Assembly (NCBI GenBank): GCA_021786385.1
Contig: JAJYNJ010000027.1
Coordinates: 20,760 to 84,759 of the forward strand
DNA from: Chloroflexota bacterium
GTDB taxonomy: Bacteria; Chloroflexota; Limnocylindria; Limnocylindrales; CSP1-4
Direction: 5' to 3'
DNA length: 64,000 nt
Part shown: piece after piece, positions 40,141-50,499 of the stretch
Layout of the letters: each line of letters opens with the position of its first letter
Position numbering within the stretch: position 1 is the stretch's first letter
Position numbers and translations under genes: made by a program
The notes under the pieces: model-generated
Database searches by the model: none
What the model saw: only the letters and a program-made list of their open reading frames with translations
What the model was told of the DNA's origin: nothing

Positions 40141-42894
40141 TCAGGCACTCCCGTCGAGCGTCGCCGCCACCGACGCCCGCACGCGCTGCAGGGCCTCGGC
40201 CAACCCTTCACGCCGCGTGCCGCGCCCCTGTGCCATCTCCGGCCGCCCCCCGCCACGGCCCGCGATGGCCGCCACGCCCGCGCGCACCAGCTCCGCCGCG
40301 GAGAGGCCGCGCCGGACCAGATCGTCGCTCAGCGTCACGAAGAGGATCGGCTCGGCGGCGTCCAACGCCACTGCAACCACGCCCGACCCGAGGTGGCCGC
40401 GCAGATCGCGCGCCCAACGTTTCATCTCCTCCTGACTCTCGAACGGCGCGGCGTACGTGACGACCGGCACGCCGGCGACACGCTCGGCGCGCTGGGCGAC
40501 CTCGTAGGGGCGGACGGGGCCACCGGCCGCCGCCGCGCGGAGCCGCCGTTCCACCTCGCGGACGCGCGCCTGCAGCTCGGCCGCCCGCGCCGGGGCCTGG
40601 GAGCGGTCCGCGACGCCGAGGGCCTCCACGACCTGATCGAGGAGCATGAAGCGCTGCGCCACCAGGGCATCAGCTGCCTCGCCCGTGACCGCTTCGATGC
40701 GCCGCATCCCCGACCCGATCGAGCGCTCGCCCGTGATGAAGAACCCCCCGATCTGTCCCGTGGCCCGACAGTGCGTGCCGCCGCAGAGCTCACGGCTGTA
40801 CCCCTGCACGGTCACCATACGTACGATCTCGCCGTACTTCTCGTCGAAGTACGCGTCGGCGCCGGCCGCGATCGCCTCGGCCATCGATAGGTACGCCACG
40901 TCCACCGGGCGGTCCTCGCGGATCACCGCGCGCACCTCTTCCTCGATGGCGGTCTTCTCCGCGTCGCTGAGCGGGCGATCGAGCGGGAAGTCGAAGCGCA
41001 GGTACTCGGGGGCGACGAGCGAGCCGGCTTGTCGCGCACTTGGCCCCACCACGTTGCGCAGGGCCCGGTGCAGCAGGTGGGTGGCGGTGTGGTTGCGCAT
41101 GATCCGCGCCCGGCGTGGGCCGTCCACCACGGCATGCAACACATCCCCGACCTGTACGACGCCACCCAGTCGCCCGCGGTGCACGATCAGCCGGCCGACC
41201 GGCTTCTGGGTGTCCTCGACCTCGAAGATCGGGTCGTCGCCCGCGTAGAGCGTCCCGCGATCGCCGACCTGGCCGCCGCCTTCGGCGTAGAACGGCGTGC
41301 GGTCCAACACGATCTCGGCCTCGCCGCTGCCGGACAACTCTCCGTACTCCGTCCCGCCGCGCACCACCGCGACCACCCGTCCCTCGGCCTCGGTGGTCTC
41401 GTAACCCACGAACACCGGTTCGCCAGCCCGCCGCAGGATCGCCTCGTAGAGACTCGCCTGCTGGGCCAACCGGCTCAACTCGCCCCTCGCCCCGGCCCGC
41501 GACCGCGCGCGCTGCTCTGCGAGCGCCTCCTCGAAGCCAGGGCGATCGACGGCCACCCCGTACTCCGCGGCGAGCTCGACGGTCAGGTCGATCGGGAAGC
41601 CGAAGGTATCGTGCAACCGGAACGCCAGCGCCCCGTCGAGCACCGGCGCGTCCGGACCCAGGGTTTCGGGCCGCCGGCCGATGACGCGTGCCGCCGGGAC
41701 CGCGACCCCCAGCGCTGCCAGCGCCTCCTCGAGCTGCCCCGTGCCGGCGTCGAGGGTGCGCACAAACTGCGCCTCCTCCCGGCGCAGCACATCCAAGATG
41801 GCGGCACGTTGGTCGTGCAGGTAGGGATAGGCGCCGTGCATCACCTCGATCACGACCGCGGCCGTCTCCGCCAGGAAGGGTTCGCGGCGGCCGAGGAGCC
41901 GCCCGTGGCGCACGGCGCGCCGGATGATGCGCCGCAGGACGTAGCCGCGCCCCTCGTTGGAGGGGAGCACGCCGTCGGCGATCAGGAACGTCATGGCGCG
42001 CGCGTGGTCGGCGATCACCTGGTAGCTGAAGCGCTCGGCCTCGAAGGCGTCCGGATCGTGGCCGAGGAGCTCGCGCATGCGGGTGTGGATGGGGGTGAAG
42101 AGGTCCGTGTCGTAGTTCGAGGGCACCTGTTGGACGACGCTGGCCAGCCGCTCCAGGCCCATGCCGGTGTCGACGCTGCGGAACGGCAGCGGCACGCGGC
42201 GCCCGTCGGGCTGCTGGTCGAACTCCATGAAGACGAGGTTCCAGATCTCGAGCCAGCGGGGGCAGGTCTCCGAGTGGTCCGGGATGCACCCCGGCCCCTC
42301 GCTGAACTCGGCGCCGCGATCGAAATGGATCTCGCTGCAGCGCCCGCAGGGCCCCGTCTCGGCCATCCGCCAGAAGTTCTTCTCGTCGCCCGCGTCGACG
42401 TCCCCCCAGCGCGCGATCCGTGCGGGCGGCAGGCCGATCTCGTCGCGCCAGACGGCGTACGCCTCTTCGTCGTCGGAATAGACGGTCGCCGCCAGGCGCT
42501 CGGCCGGGATGCCGTACTCCTGGGTGAGCAGTTCCCAGGCCCAGTGGATCGCCTCGCGCTTGAAGTAGTCCCCGAAGCTCCAGTTGCCGAGCATCTCGAA
42601 GAAGGTGTGGTGCCGCGGTGTGCGCCCAACCTCCTCGAAGTCATTGTGCTTGCCCGCGACCCGCAGGCAGCGCTGCACGTCGGTCGCGCGGCGGTACGAA
42701 CGCGTCTCGCGCCCGGTCAGTACGTCTTTGAACTGCACCATGCCCGAGTTCGTGAAGAGCAGCGTCTGGTCGCCCGCGGGGACCAGGCTCGCGCTCGGCA
42801 CGACGGTGTGGCCGCGCGCCGCGAAGAAGGCAAGGAAGCGTTGGCGGATTCCGTCCGACGTAAGCGGCACGATCCGCGGATCACGGTCCGGCAT
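40141..42894 (-). CDS. alaS: alanine--tRNA ligase
   Basis: Start refined to the ATG at 42892-42894 (MPDRDPRIVPLTSDGIRQRFLAFFAARGHTVVPSASLVP...FTNSGMVQFKD). The HxxxH/CxxxH editing motif and a C-terminal DHHA1 domain are present. Confidence 0.9.
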   Translation of the reverse strand: MPDRDPRIVPLTSDGIRQRFLAFFAARGHTVVPSASLVPAGDQTLLFTNSGMVQFKDVLTGRETRSYRRATDVQRCLRVAGKHNDFEEVGRTPRHHTFFEMLGNWSFGDYFKREAIHWAWELLTQEYGIPAERLAATVYSDDEEAYAVWRDEIGLPPARIARWGDVDAGDEKNFWRMAETGPCGRCSEIHFDRGAEFSEGPGCIPDHSETCPRWLEIWNLVFMEFDQQPDGRRVPLPFRSVDTGMGLERLASVVQQVPSNYDTDLFTPIHTRMRELLGHDPDAFEAERFSYQVIADHARAMTFLIADGVLPSNEGRGYVLRRIIRRAVRHGRLLGRREPFLAETAAVVIEVMHGAYPYLHDQRAAILDVLRREEAQFVRTLDAGTGQLEEALAALGVAVPAARVIGRRPETLGPDAPVLDGALAFRLHDTFGFPIDLTVELAAEYGVAVDRPGFEEALAEQRARSRAGARGELSRLAQQASLYEAILRRAGEPVFVGYETTEAEGRVVAVVRGGTEYGELSGSGEAEIVLDRTPFYAEGGGQVGDRGTLYAGDDPIFEVEDTQKPVGRLIVHRGRLGGVVQVGDVLHAVVDGPRRARIMRNHTATHLLHRALRNVVGPSARQAGSLVAPEYLRFDFPLDRPLSDAEKTAIEEEVRAVIREDRPVDVAYLSMAEAIAAGADAYFDEKYGEIVRMVTVQGYSRELCGGTHCRATGQIGGFFITGERSIGSGMRRIEAVTGEAADALVAQRFMLLDQVVEALGVADRSQAPARAAELQARVREVERRLRAAAAGGPVRPYEVAQRAERVAGVPVVTYAAPFESQEEMKRWARDLRGHLGSGVVAVALDAAEPILFVTLSDDLVRRGLSAAELVRAGVAAIAGRGGGRPEMAQGRGTRREGLAEALQRVRASVAATLDGSA

Positions 42895-43042
42895 CGCGCT
42901 AACGGTACCGTATCGGCCCGTCGCCGTGGCGACTCCGGTCCTGCGCCCCGGCGACGCGGCTGCTTCCCGGTGGCCGGCTGAGCTCGCCCGCCCAGACGCG
43001 CGGCCCCGGCGCCGCTGCCAGGCGGCCGCGGTGCACCGCGGC

Positions 43043-43369
43043 TCAGGTGTGCCGGGTCGGCCCAAGGGTGCTCACGATCGCGACGACGATCATCCCGGCC
43101 CACGCCACGACCGACGAACTGAGCAACCCGAAGTCCCCGATCCGCAGCGGGTCGCCGAGACGCAGGCCGATCGCTTGGCCGGCGTACGCGCCAAGGATCG
43201 CCGCCACGAGGAGGAAGGGGAGCCTGCCGCGCGCGTCGCCGCCCAACAGCACGAAGAGGGCGACGTTCAAGGTCCCGACCAGCACGGCGAGGACCATGGC
43301 GGGCTCGATCGCAGGCACTGCCGAAGGATAGCGGGCGCGGCGCCCTCGCAGGCCGAGCTCGTGGATCAA
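43043..43369 (-). CDS. hypothetical small membrane protein
   Basis: 108-aa ORF with two or three hydrophobic helices. It overlaps the mnmA stop and is co-directional with alaS. Confidence 0.4.
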   Translation of the reverse strand: MIHELGLRGRRARYPSAVPAIEPAMVLAVLVGTLNVALFVLLGGDARGRLPFLLVAAILGAYAGQAIGLRLGDPLRIGDFGLLSSSVVAWAGMIVVAIVSTLGPTRHT

Positions 43370-44478
43370 TCGCGTGCGATGCGGCCTCCGCCGAGGACCT
43401 CGTCGCCGTGGTAGAAGACCGCGGCCTGGCCAGGGGCCGGGGCCCAGACCGGCGCATCGGTCTCCACCGCCCAGCGCCCCTCTCCGTCGCCCAGCGGCCG
43501 CAGCGTTGCGCCCACCAGCGCCGCGCGGTGTCGCACCCGCAGGTCGGCCCGGAAGGACCCCGCCGGCGCCCCGCCGGCGATGAAGTGCATCCCTACCACC
43601 GTGAAGACACGCCGCTGCAGGTCCTCGCGCCGGCCGAGGCGCACCAGGTTGCGCGTCGCGTCGATCGCCGCGACGTAGCGCCGTTCGCCGACCGCCACCC
43701 CCAGCCCGGTGCGCTGCCCCACCGTATACGCCGCCGCGCCCCGGTGCTCGCCCACGACCGATCCGTCCACATCCAGCAAGGGCCCCGCCGTCTCGCGCCA
43801 GCCAGCCCGTTCGCGGAGCGTCTCGCGGTAGTCGCTCCCCGCCACGAAACAGATCTCTTGGCTCTCCGGCGTCTCCGCGGTGGCGAGCCCGAGCGAGCGG
43901 GCGATCGCTCGTACCTCGGGCTTCGAGCGCTCACCGAGCGGAAACCGCGTGCGCGCCAGCTGATCCTGGCGCAGCCCGTATAGGAAGTAGCTCTGGTCCT
44001 TGGCCGGGTCGGCGGCGGCGCGCAGCCGCCAGCGCCGACCGGCCGGCCGCGACGCGTCGGGCACCGCGTCCACGCGCGCGTAGTGGCCGGTCGCGACCGC
44101 CTCGGCGCCGTAGAGGAGCCGCGCGCGGCCCAGCAGCGCCCCGAACTTCACGTAGGTGTTGCAGTCGACGCACGGGCTCGGCGTAGCGCCGGAGAGATAC
44201 GCGGCGACGAACGGGTCGATCACCCCGGCGGCGAATTCCCGCTCGAGGTCGAGCACGAAAAAGGGAACGCCGAGCTGCGAGGCCACGCGCCGCGCATCGT
44301 CGGCAGCATCCAGCGAGCAGCAGCTCTTGCGGAACTCACTGCGCTGATCGGCCGCCTGGTGGAGCCGCATCCAGACCCCGACCACCTCGTGCCCCTCTTC
44401 GTGCAGCAGCGCGGCGGCGACCGAGGAATCGACGCCGCCGGACATGGCGACCACGATCCGCTCGCGCCCCGTGGTCAT
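43366..44478 (-). CDS. mnmA: tRNA-specific 2-thiouridylase MnmA
   Basis: Start refined to MTTGRERIVVAMSGGVDSSVAA (PP-loop SGGxDS). The catalytic cysteines are conserved. Confidence 0.85.
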   Translation of the reverse strand: MTTGRERIVVAMSGGVDSSVAAALLHEEGHEVVGVWMRLHQAADQRSEFRKSCCSLDAADDARRVASQLGVPFFVLDLEREFAAGVIDPFVAAYLSGATPSPCVDCNTYVKFGALLGRARLLYGAEAVATGHYARVDAVPDASRPAGRRWRLRAAADPAKDQSYFLYGLRQDQLARTRFPLGERSKPEVRAIARSLGLATAETPESQEICFVAGSDYRETLRERAGWRETAGPLLDVDGSVVGEHRGAAAYTVGQRTGLGVAVGERRYVAAIDATRNLVRLGRREDLQRRVFTVVGMHFIAGGAPAGSFRADLRVRHRAALVGATLRPLGDGEGRWAVETDAPVWAPAPGQAAVFYHGDEVLGGGRIARD

Positions 44479-45683
44479 GCGGACCCCGCCTGCAGTCCCA
44501 GGGGGTCGGCCGCTAGCGCCGCGGCCCCTTCGCGGAGCCGTCTGATCGTAGCGGGCACCACCGCACATGCCGCCTCGATCTCACCCTCGGTCGTGGTTCG
44601 CCCGAGCGTGAGTCGGAGGGCCCCGCGCGCCTCCTCGGCTGGATAGCCCATCGCGCTCAGCACGTGCGACGGCTCGGTCGAACCAGTAGCGCACGCCGAT
44701 CCGCTCGAGCAGGCGATCCCTGCGAGGTCGAGCGCCAGCGTCAGCGACTGCCCGTCGACATCGCGGACCACCACCGAGAGGTTGCCGGGGATGCGGTCCC
44801 GTGGGTGGCCAGTCAGCTCGACGCCAGGGACCGCCAGCACCGCGTCGCGCAGCCGGTCGCGGAGGGCCCGCACGCGACCCGGCACCGTCCCCCGTTCCTG
44901 GCGCGCCAGCCGCAGTGCGGCCGCCAAGCCCACGGCCCCGGCCACGTTCTCGGTCCCCGCTCGACGATGGCGCTCCTGCGGGCCGCCGTGCTGCTGCGCC
45001 AGCAGCGTCGTTCCGCGGCGCACGTAGAGCGCGCCGATCCCCTTGGGCCCCTCGAGTTTGTGCCCCGCGATCGAGAGCAGGTCGACATCGAGCGCCGCCA
45101 CGTCCAGATCCATCCAGGGGGCGGCCTGCACGGCGTCCAGGTGGACCAGCACGTGCCGCTGGGCGCGCGCCCGCCGAACCAACTCGTCGATCGGCTGGAT
45201 CGTGCCGACCTCGTTGTTGACAGCCTGCAGGCTCACCAGGATCGTCCGGTCGGAGATGGCCGCGGCGAGCTCGTCCGGGTCGACGCGCCCGTAGCGGTCG
45301 ACCGGCAGGACGGTCACTTCGAACCCGAACTTCTCGAGGTAGCGGGCCGAATGGAGCACCGCCTCGTGCTCCACGGCCGAGGTGACCAGGTGGTGGCCGC
45401 GGGTCCTGCCCGCCCACGCGACGCCCTTGATCGCAAGGTTGATCGCCTCGCTGCCGCCACCGGTGAAGACGATCTCCCGCGGGTCCGCGCGCAGGTCGTG
45501 CGCCACGGACTCGCGCGCCTCGTCGAGCGCGGCCCGCGCGCGTCGCCCGAAGTCGTGGGCCGAGGACGGGTTCCCGAACGTCTCGGCGAGGACGGGCAGC
45601 ATCGCCTCGAGGACCTCGCGCCGGAGAGGCGTGGTCGCCGCGTGGTCCAGGTAGATCGCCATGGGTCCGATTGTAGTCGGCAC
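44475..45683 (-). CDS. iscS: cysteine desulfurase (IscS/NifS class)
   Basis: IYLDHAATTP, PLP-lysine SIAGHKLEGPKGIGALY, and active-site loop SSGSACA. Confidence 0.85.
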   Translation of the reverse strand: MPTTIGPMAIYLDHAATTPLRREVLEAMLPVLAETFGNPSSAHDFGRRARAALDEARESVAHDLRADPREIVFTGGGSEAINLAIKGVAWAGRTRGHHLVTSAVEHEAVLHSARYLEKFGFEVTVLPVDRYGRVDPDELAAAISDRTILVSLQAVNNEVGTIQPIDELVRRARAQRHVLVHLDAVQAAPWMDLDVAALDVDLLSIAGHKLEGPKGIGALYVRRGTTLLAQQHGGPQERHRRAGTENVAGAVGLAAALRLARQERGTVPGRVRALRDRLRDAVLAVPGVELTGHPRDRIPGNLSVVVRDVDGQSLTLALDLAGIACSSGSACATGSTEPSHVLSAMGYPAEEARGALRLTLGRTTTEGEIEAACAVVPATIRRLREGAAALAADPLGLQAGSA

Positions 45684-45704
45684 CCCACGCGAAGGGTCGC
45701 GGTG

Positions 45705-47594
45705 CTACCTCGCCGCGGTCTGGCGCTCGGTGACGAGCCGGCGTTCGTGCTCCCGGCCAGCCGCGCGGCGACGGTCGTGGAGCGAAAGGGTGCGCTTGCG
45801 CAGCCGGATATGGCGCGGCGTCACTTCGACGAGCTCGTCGGCCGCGATGAACTCGATCGCGGCTTCGAGGGTCAGCTCGCGGGGCGGCGTCAGGCGCAGC
45901 GTCTGCTCCTGGGTCGAGGAGCGGATGTTGGTGAGGTGCTTCTCGCGGGTCGGGTTCACATCCATGTCGCCTGGTCGAGCGTTCTCGCCGACGATCATCC
46001 CCTCGTAGACCTCGACCCCGGGCCCCACGAAGAGCTCGCTGCGCTCCTGCAGGCTGTGCAGGGCATACGCGCTGGTGATCCCCGGCCGGTCGGCCACCAG
46101 CACGCCGCTTGTGCGGTGCCCGACCTCGCCCGCCCAGGGTCCGTATCCTTCGCCGATCTGATGCAGCAGCGCCGTGCCGCGTGTCAGGCCGAGAAGCTGG
46201 CCGCGGAACCCGATCAGTCCACGCACCGGCAACACGTACTCCAGGCGCACCCGGCCGTCGGCGTCGGTCGTCATCTGCTCGATGCGCGCCCTCCGGGCGG
46301 CGAGCGCCTCGGTCACCTCGCCGATGAAGTCGGGGGGAATGTCCACCGTGATCCGCTCATACGGCTCCTGGACTTCGCCGTCCACTTCGTGGAGGATCAC
46401 CTCCGGGCGCGAGACCTGCAGTTCGTACCCCTCGCGGCGCATCGTCTCGATCAGCACCGCCAGCTGCAGCTCCCCTCGGCCGCGCACCTCGAAGGTCTCG
46501 CCCGACGCGGTGGGCACGAACTCGATCGCGACGTTGCCGAGCACCTCACGCTCGAGGCGCGTGCGCAGGTGGCGGCTGGTCAGGTAGCGTCCGTCCCGGC
46601 CGGCCAGCGGCGAGGTATTCACGCCGAACGTCATGCTGATGGTCGGCGCGTCGACCTGCAGGCGCGGCAGCGGGCGCGGGTCTGCGGGATCGGTGAGCGT
46701 GTCGCCCACGGTAACGTCGGGGATGCCGGCGACCGCGACGATCTCCCCTGGTCCCGCCTCGCGCACGTCGATGCGCTGGATCCCCTCGGCGGTCGTGAGG
46801 CCGGTGACGGTCCCGGTGAGAGTCACCGTGCGCCCTGGCTCGACGCTCCCCGTCGCCGTGTCGGCTTCCTCGCGGACGATCGCGATGCGCTGGCCCATGC
46901 GGATCGTGCCGTTCCAGATGCGGCCCACAGCCATCCGCCCGACGTACTCGTTGGCGGTCAGGTTCGTCACCAGCAGCTGGAGCGGGGACCCCTCCTCGTA
47001 GACCGGCGCCGGCGTCACGCGTACCAACAGCTCCAGCAGCGGGCGCAGGTCGGTCCCCGGGACCGCCAGGTCGAGGGTGGCGGTCCCGGCCTTGGCGTTG
47101 GTGTAGACCACCGGGAACTCGATCTGCTGCTCGTCCGCCCCCAGGTCGATGAAGAGCTCGTAGACGGCGTCGAGGACCTCGGCTGGGCGCGCATCGGAGC
47201 GGTCGATCTTGTTGAGGCAGACGATCACCGGGAGCCGGCGCGCCATCGCCTTCTGGAGGACGTAGCGCGTCTGGGGCAGCGGGCCTTCGGAGGCATCCAC
47301 GAGCAGCAGCACGGCGTCGACCATCAGCAGGCTGCGCTCGACCTCGCCGCCGAAGTCGGCATGGCCCGGCGTGTCGACGATGTTGAGGTGGATGCCCTCG
47401 AACTCGACCGCCGTGTGCTTGGCCATGATCGTGATGCCCTTCTCGCGCTCCAGGTCGAGCGAGTCGAGTACGCGATCGACGAGCTCCTGGTTGGCCCGAA
47501 ACGCGCCGGTCTGGCGCAAGAGGCCGTCCACGAGGGTCGTCTTCCCGTGGTCGACATGAGCGACGATCGCGACGTTGCGGACGTCCGCGCGCAT
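45705..47594 (-). CDS. typA: translational GTPase TypA/BipA
   Basis: [26 protein letters not shown] and NKID G-motifs with EF-G-like domains. The probable start is MRADVRN at 47594. Confidence 0.85.
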   Translation of the reverse strand: MRADVRNVAIVAHVDHGKTTLVDGLLRQTGAFRANQELVDRVLDSLDLEREKGITIMAKHTAVEFEGIHLNIVDTPGHADFGGEVERSLLMVDAVLLLVDASEGPLPQTRYVLQKAMARRLPVIVCLNKIDRSDARPAEVLDAVYELFIDLGADEQQIEFPVVYTNAKAGTATLDLAVPGTDLRPLLELLVRVTPAPVYEEGSPLQLLVTNLTANEYVGRMAVGRIWNGTIRMGQRIAIVREEADTATGSVEPGRTVTLTGTVTGLTTAEGIQRIDVREAGPGEIVAVAGIPDVTVGDTLTDPADPRPLPRLQVDAPTISMTFGVNTSPLAGRDGRYLTSRHLRTRLEREVLGNVAIEFVPTASGETFEVRGRGELQLAVLIETMRREGYELQVSRPEVILHEVDGEVQEPYERITVDIPPDFIGEVTEALAARRARIEQMTTDADGRVRLEYVLPVRGLIGFRGQLLGLTRGTALLHQIGEGYGPWAGEVGHRTSGVLVADRPGITSAYALHSLQERSELFVGPGVEVYEGMIVGENARPGDMDVNPTREKHLTNIRSSTQEQTLRLTPPRELTLEAAIEFIAADELVEVTPRHIRLRKRTLSLHDRRRAAGREHERRLVTERQTAAR

Positions 47595-47653
47595 GCGGCG
47601 CGACGATCCGCTGGGCATGCTGGGGCGGAGCTGGTCGTGCATGGGCCGTTGCA

Positions 47654-48340
47654 TTGTCGCACACGCTCACTGGTACCATCGGTCGCGTGACCGTTGCGGC
47701 CGTGATCCTCGCCCAGACCGCCGAGGAGGCGCTCGTGCCCATCGACGGCGTGGCGCGCGTGCGCCACCTGGCCGACGCAGCATGGTCGGGCGGTGCCATG
47801 CCGGTCGTCGTGGTCGCGGCAGATCCCGATGGCGCCCTCGCGGCGGCGCTGGGCGGCTCGATGGCCGTGCTCGTCCCAGCCCTGGCCAGCGACGGGGGAC
47901 CCGCGGACCAGATCGTCCGCGGCATCGAAGCCGCCATGACCCGGGTCGCCGAGACCACGGCGGCGCTCGTCTGGCCCGTCCAGATGGCCTGGGTGGATGC
48001 GGCCACGGTCACCGCGCTGATCGAGGCGCATCCGCGCGACCCGGGCGCCGTGCTCCGGCCGGCCTGGCAGGGCGAACCGGGCTGGCCAGCGCTGGTGCCC
48101 GTGACGCAGCTCGGCACGCTGCGGCGCGTGGCGCCCCGCCTGGCCGGTGACGCCGTCCTCGCGCACCTGGCATCCGCCGGTGTGGCGAGCCTGGCGCTCG
48201 AGCTCGGCGACCCCGGCGTCCGCTACGACACTGCCACCGCACGCCAGGCGCTGCCGGTGTTCGAGGGGCCTGAGCGGCCGCTCAGCGGCCACCCGCCCGA
48301 GTGGGGTGCCAGCGTCGCGCCGCCCACGCCCGACAGCTGA
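47654..48340 (+). CDS. MobA-like NTP-transferase family protein (candidate molybdenum cofactor nucleotidyltransferase)
   Basis: 228 aa, the only plus-strand gene in this stretch. The N-terminus VAAVILAQTAEEALVPIDG...VVVVA shows the Rossmann-like NTP_transf_3 pattern. Coding-like GC3. Confidence 0.45.
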   Translation: MSHTLTGTIGRVTVAAVILAQTAEEALVPIDGVARVRHLADAAWSGGAMPVVVVAADPDGALAAALGGSMAVLVPALASDGGPADQIVRGIEAAMTRVAETTAALVWPVQMAWVDAATVTALIEAHPRDPGAVLRPAWQGEPGWPALVPVTQLGTLRRVAPRLAGDAVLAHLASAGVASLALELGDPGVRYDTATARQALPVFEGPERPLSGHPPEWGASVAPPTPDS

Positions 48341-48443
48341 ACCGGGGTCCGGGCGGTCCGCGTCCGTCGCGCCCGGCCGAGCCTGCGCAGCCCGAACGTG
48401 GACCGGCTTCCCACGGCCCACGAGGACGCGCCCTGCGGATGCG

Positions 48444-50462
48444 CTACCGGCCCGGCACGCTGCCGGCGGGGGGCCCGCTCGCCGCGGCTTCGCCCGCGGT
48501 GGACGTCTTCGCCGCTGCCGCCACGCCGACGAACTGCAGCCCCAGCTCGGCCCACTGCACCGGATCGGGCTCCGACGGCGCCTCGAGCATCAGGTCGGTC
48601 CCGGAGGCCGTCTTCGGGAACGCCATCACCTCGCGGATGTTGGTCTGGTCGGCGAAGAGGGCGGCCCAGCGGTCGATCCCGAGCGCGATCCCGCCGTGCG
48701 GCGGCGCGCCGTACTCGAACGCCTCGAGGATGCCGCCGAACAGGTCACGCATGCGCTCCTGGGAGTACCCCTGTAGGGCGAAGCTGCGCTCGAGCAGGTC
48801 GCGCCGATGGATGCGCACGGAGCCGCCGCCTAGCTCCCACCCATTGAGCGCGATGTCGTACTGCATGGCGCGGGCGCGGCCAGCGGGGTCTTCGGGCGAC
48901 GGCTGGTAGGGGTCGCCGGACGCCGTCACCAACAACGCTTCATCTTCCGGAACGACGCCGGAGAACGGATTGTGGGTCGCATCCCAGCGGCCGTGCTCGG
49001 CATCCCACTGGTACATCGGGAAACGGTGCACCCAGCAGTACGCCAGCTCCTTCGGATCGGCCAACCCGAGTCGCTCGCCGAGCTCGCGGCGCAACCGCCC
49101 GAGCACGTCGGCCGTGACCGCCGGGCGGTCCGCGACCACGAGCAGCAGATCGCCGGGGGCCGCACCTGCCGCGCGGGCCAGCGCCCGCAGGCGTGCCTCG
49201 CCGAGGAACTTGCCGATCGGCGAGTGGACCGTCCCGCCGGTGTCGACCGCGACGTGCACCAGGCCGCGAGCCCCGTAGCGTCGCACGAACGCCGTCAGCT
49301 CGTCGATCTCCCGGCGGCTCGCGGCGGCCATCCCCGGCGCCACGATCCCCTTGACGCGCCCGCCCGAAGCGAGGGCGTCGTCGAAGACGTGGAAGCCGGT
49401 CGCGGGCGTCGCGGCTGCGAATGCCGTCTCTCCAACCGTGCGGGCTTCTTCGTGCGGCGCGCCGTTGCGGTCTGCGCCCGGCGTCTCCGCGAGCAGCGCC
49501 GGCGCCAGGTCGACCAGCTCCATACCGAAGCGCAGGTCGGGCTTGTCGGATCCGTACCGCTCCAGCGCCTCCTCGTAGGTGAAGCGCGGGAACGGCACCT
49601 CGCGGAGCGGTCGGTCGGGCACTACCGCGCGGCTCACCTCGACGATCATGGCCTCCACGAAGTCCATCACCGTTTCCTCGCGCACGAAGCTCATCTCGAG
49701 GTCGAGCTGTGTGAATTCGGGCTGCCGGTCGCCGCGCAGGTCCTCGTCGCGGAAACAGCGCGCGATCTGGAAGTAACGATCGATGCCGGCCACCATCAGC
49801 AGCTGCTTGAGCTGTTGCGGGCTCTGCGGCAGGGCGTAGACGGTGCCGGGCTGCAGTCGGCTGGGCACGATGAAGTCGCGCGCACCTTCCGGCGTCGACT
49901 TGATCAGGATCGGGGTCTCGATCTCCACGAAGCCAGCGCGGTGGTGCGCATCGCGGATCGCCCGCACGAGGTTGGCGCGCAGCAGGAGTCGATCCCGCAT
50001 CGGCTCGCGCCGGATGTCGAGGTACCGGTAGCGCAGGCGCAGCGACTCGTCGATCGGCGCGTCCGGCTCGTTGATGTAGAAGGGCGGCGTCTTTGCTTCG
50101 GACAGGATCTCGAGGTCCCTGGCGCGGAGCTCGATCTCGCCCGTGGCCAGCTTCGGGTTCTCCGTGCCCGGTAGCCGTCGGGCGACCAGGCCGGCGGTCG
50201 AGACGACGAACTCGACCCGCACGCGCGCGGCGACGGCGTGGGCGGCGGGCGACTCGTGGGCGTCGACGACGACCTGGGTGATCCCGTGGCGGTCCCGCAG
50301 GTCGAAGAAGATCAGGTGGCCGTGGTCGCGGCGCCGGTGCACCCATCCGGCGAGGCGGGCCTCCCGGCCCGCGTCGGTGCCGCGCAGCTGGCCGCAGGTG
50401 GCGGTGCGATACGGGGTCGCGAGGTCGTCGAGGGCGTGCAGGGGCTCCGTGGCGTCGGTCAT
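48444..50462 (-). CDS. aspS: aspartate--tRNA ligase (with C-terminal extension)
   Basis: Start refined to MTDATEPLHALDDLATPYRTATCGQLR. Class II motifs are present, including FQIARCFRDEDLRGDRQPEFTQLD, and there is a GAD insertion domain. Confidence 0.85.
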   Translation of the reverse strand: MTDATEPLHALDDLATPYRTATCGQLRGTDAGREARLAGWVHRRRDHGHLIFFDLRDRHGITQVVVDAHESPAAHAVAARVRVEFVVSTAGLVARRLPGTENPKLATGEIELRARDLEILSEAKTPPFYINEPDAPIDESLRLRYRYLDIRREPMRDRLLLRANLVRAIRDAHHRAGFVEIETPILIKSTPEGARDFIVPSRLQPGTVYALPQSPQQLKQLLMVAGIDRYFQIARCFRDEDLRGDRQPEFTQLDLEMSFVREETVMDFVEAMIVEVSRAVVPDRPLREVPFPRFTYEEALERYGSDKPDLRFGMELVDLAPALLAETPGADRNGAPHEEARTVGETAFAAATPATGFHVFDDALASGGRVKGIVAPGMAAASRREIDELTAFVRRYGARGLVHVAVDTGGTVHSPIGKFLGEARLRALARAAGAAPGDLLLVVADRPAVTADVLGRLRRELGERLGLADPKELAYCWVHRFPMYQWDAEHGRWDATHNPFSGVVPEDEALLVTASGDPYQPSPEDPAGRARAMQYDIALNGWELGGGSVRIHRRDLLERSFALQGYSQERMRDLFGGILEAFEYGAPPHGGIALGIDRWAALFADQTNIREVMAFPKTASGTDLMLEAPSEPDPVQWAELGLQFVGVAAAAKTSTAGEAAASGPPAGSVPGR

Positions 50463-50499
50463 GGCCGGCACATCGTACGGGATGGGGACGGGGGGCGGG

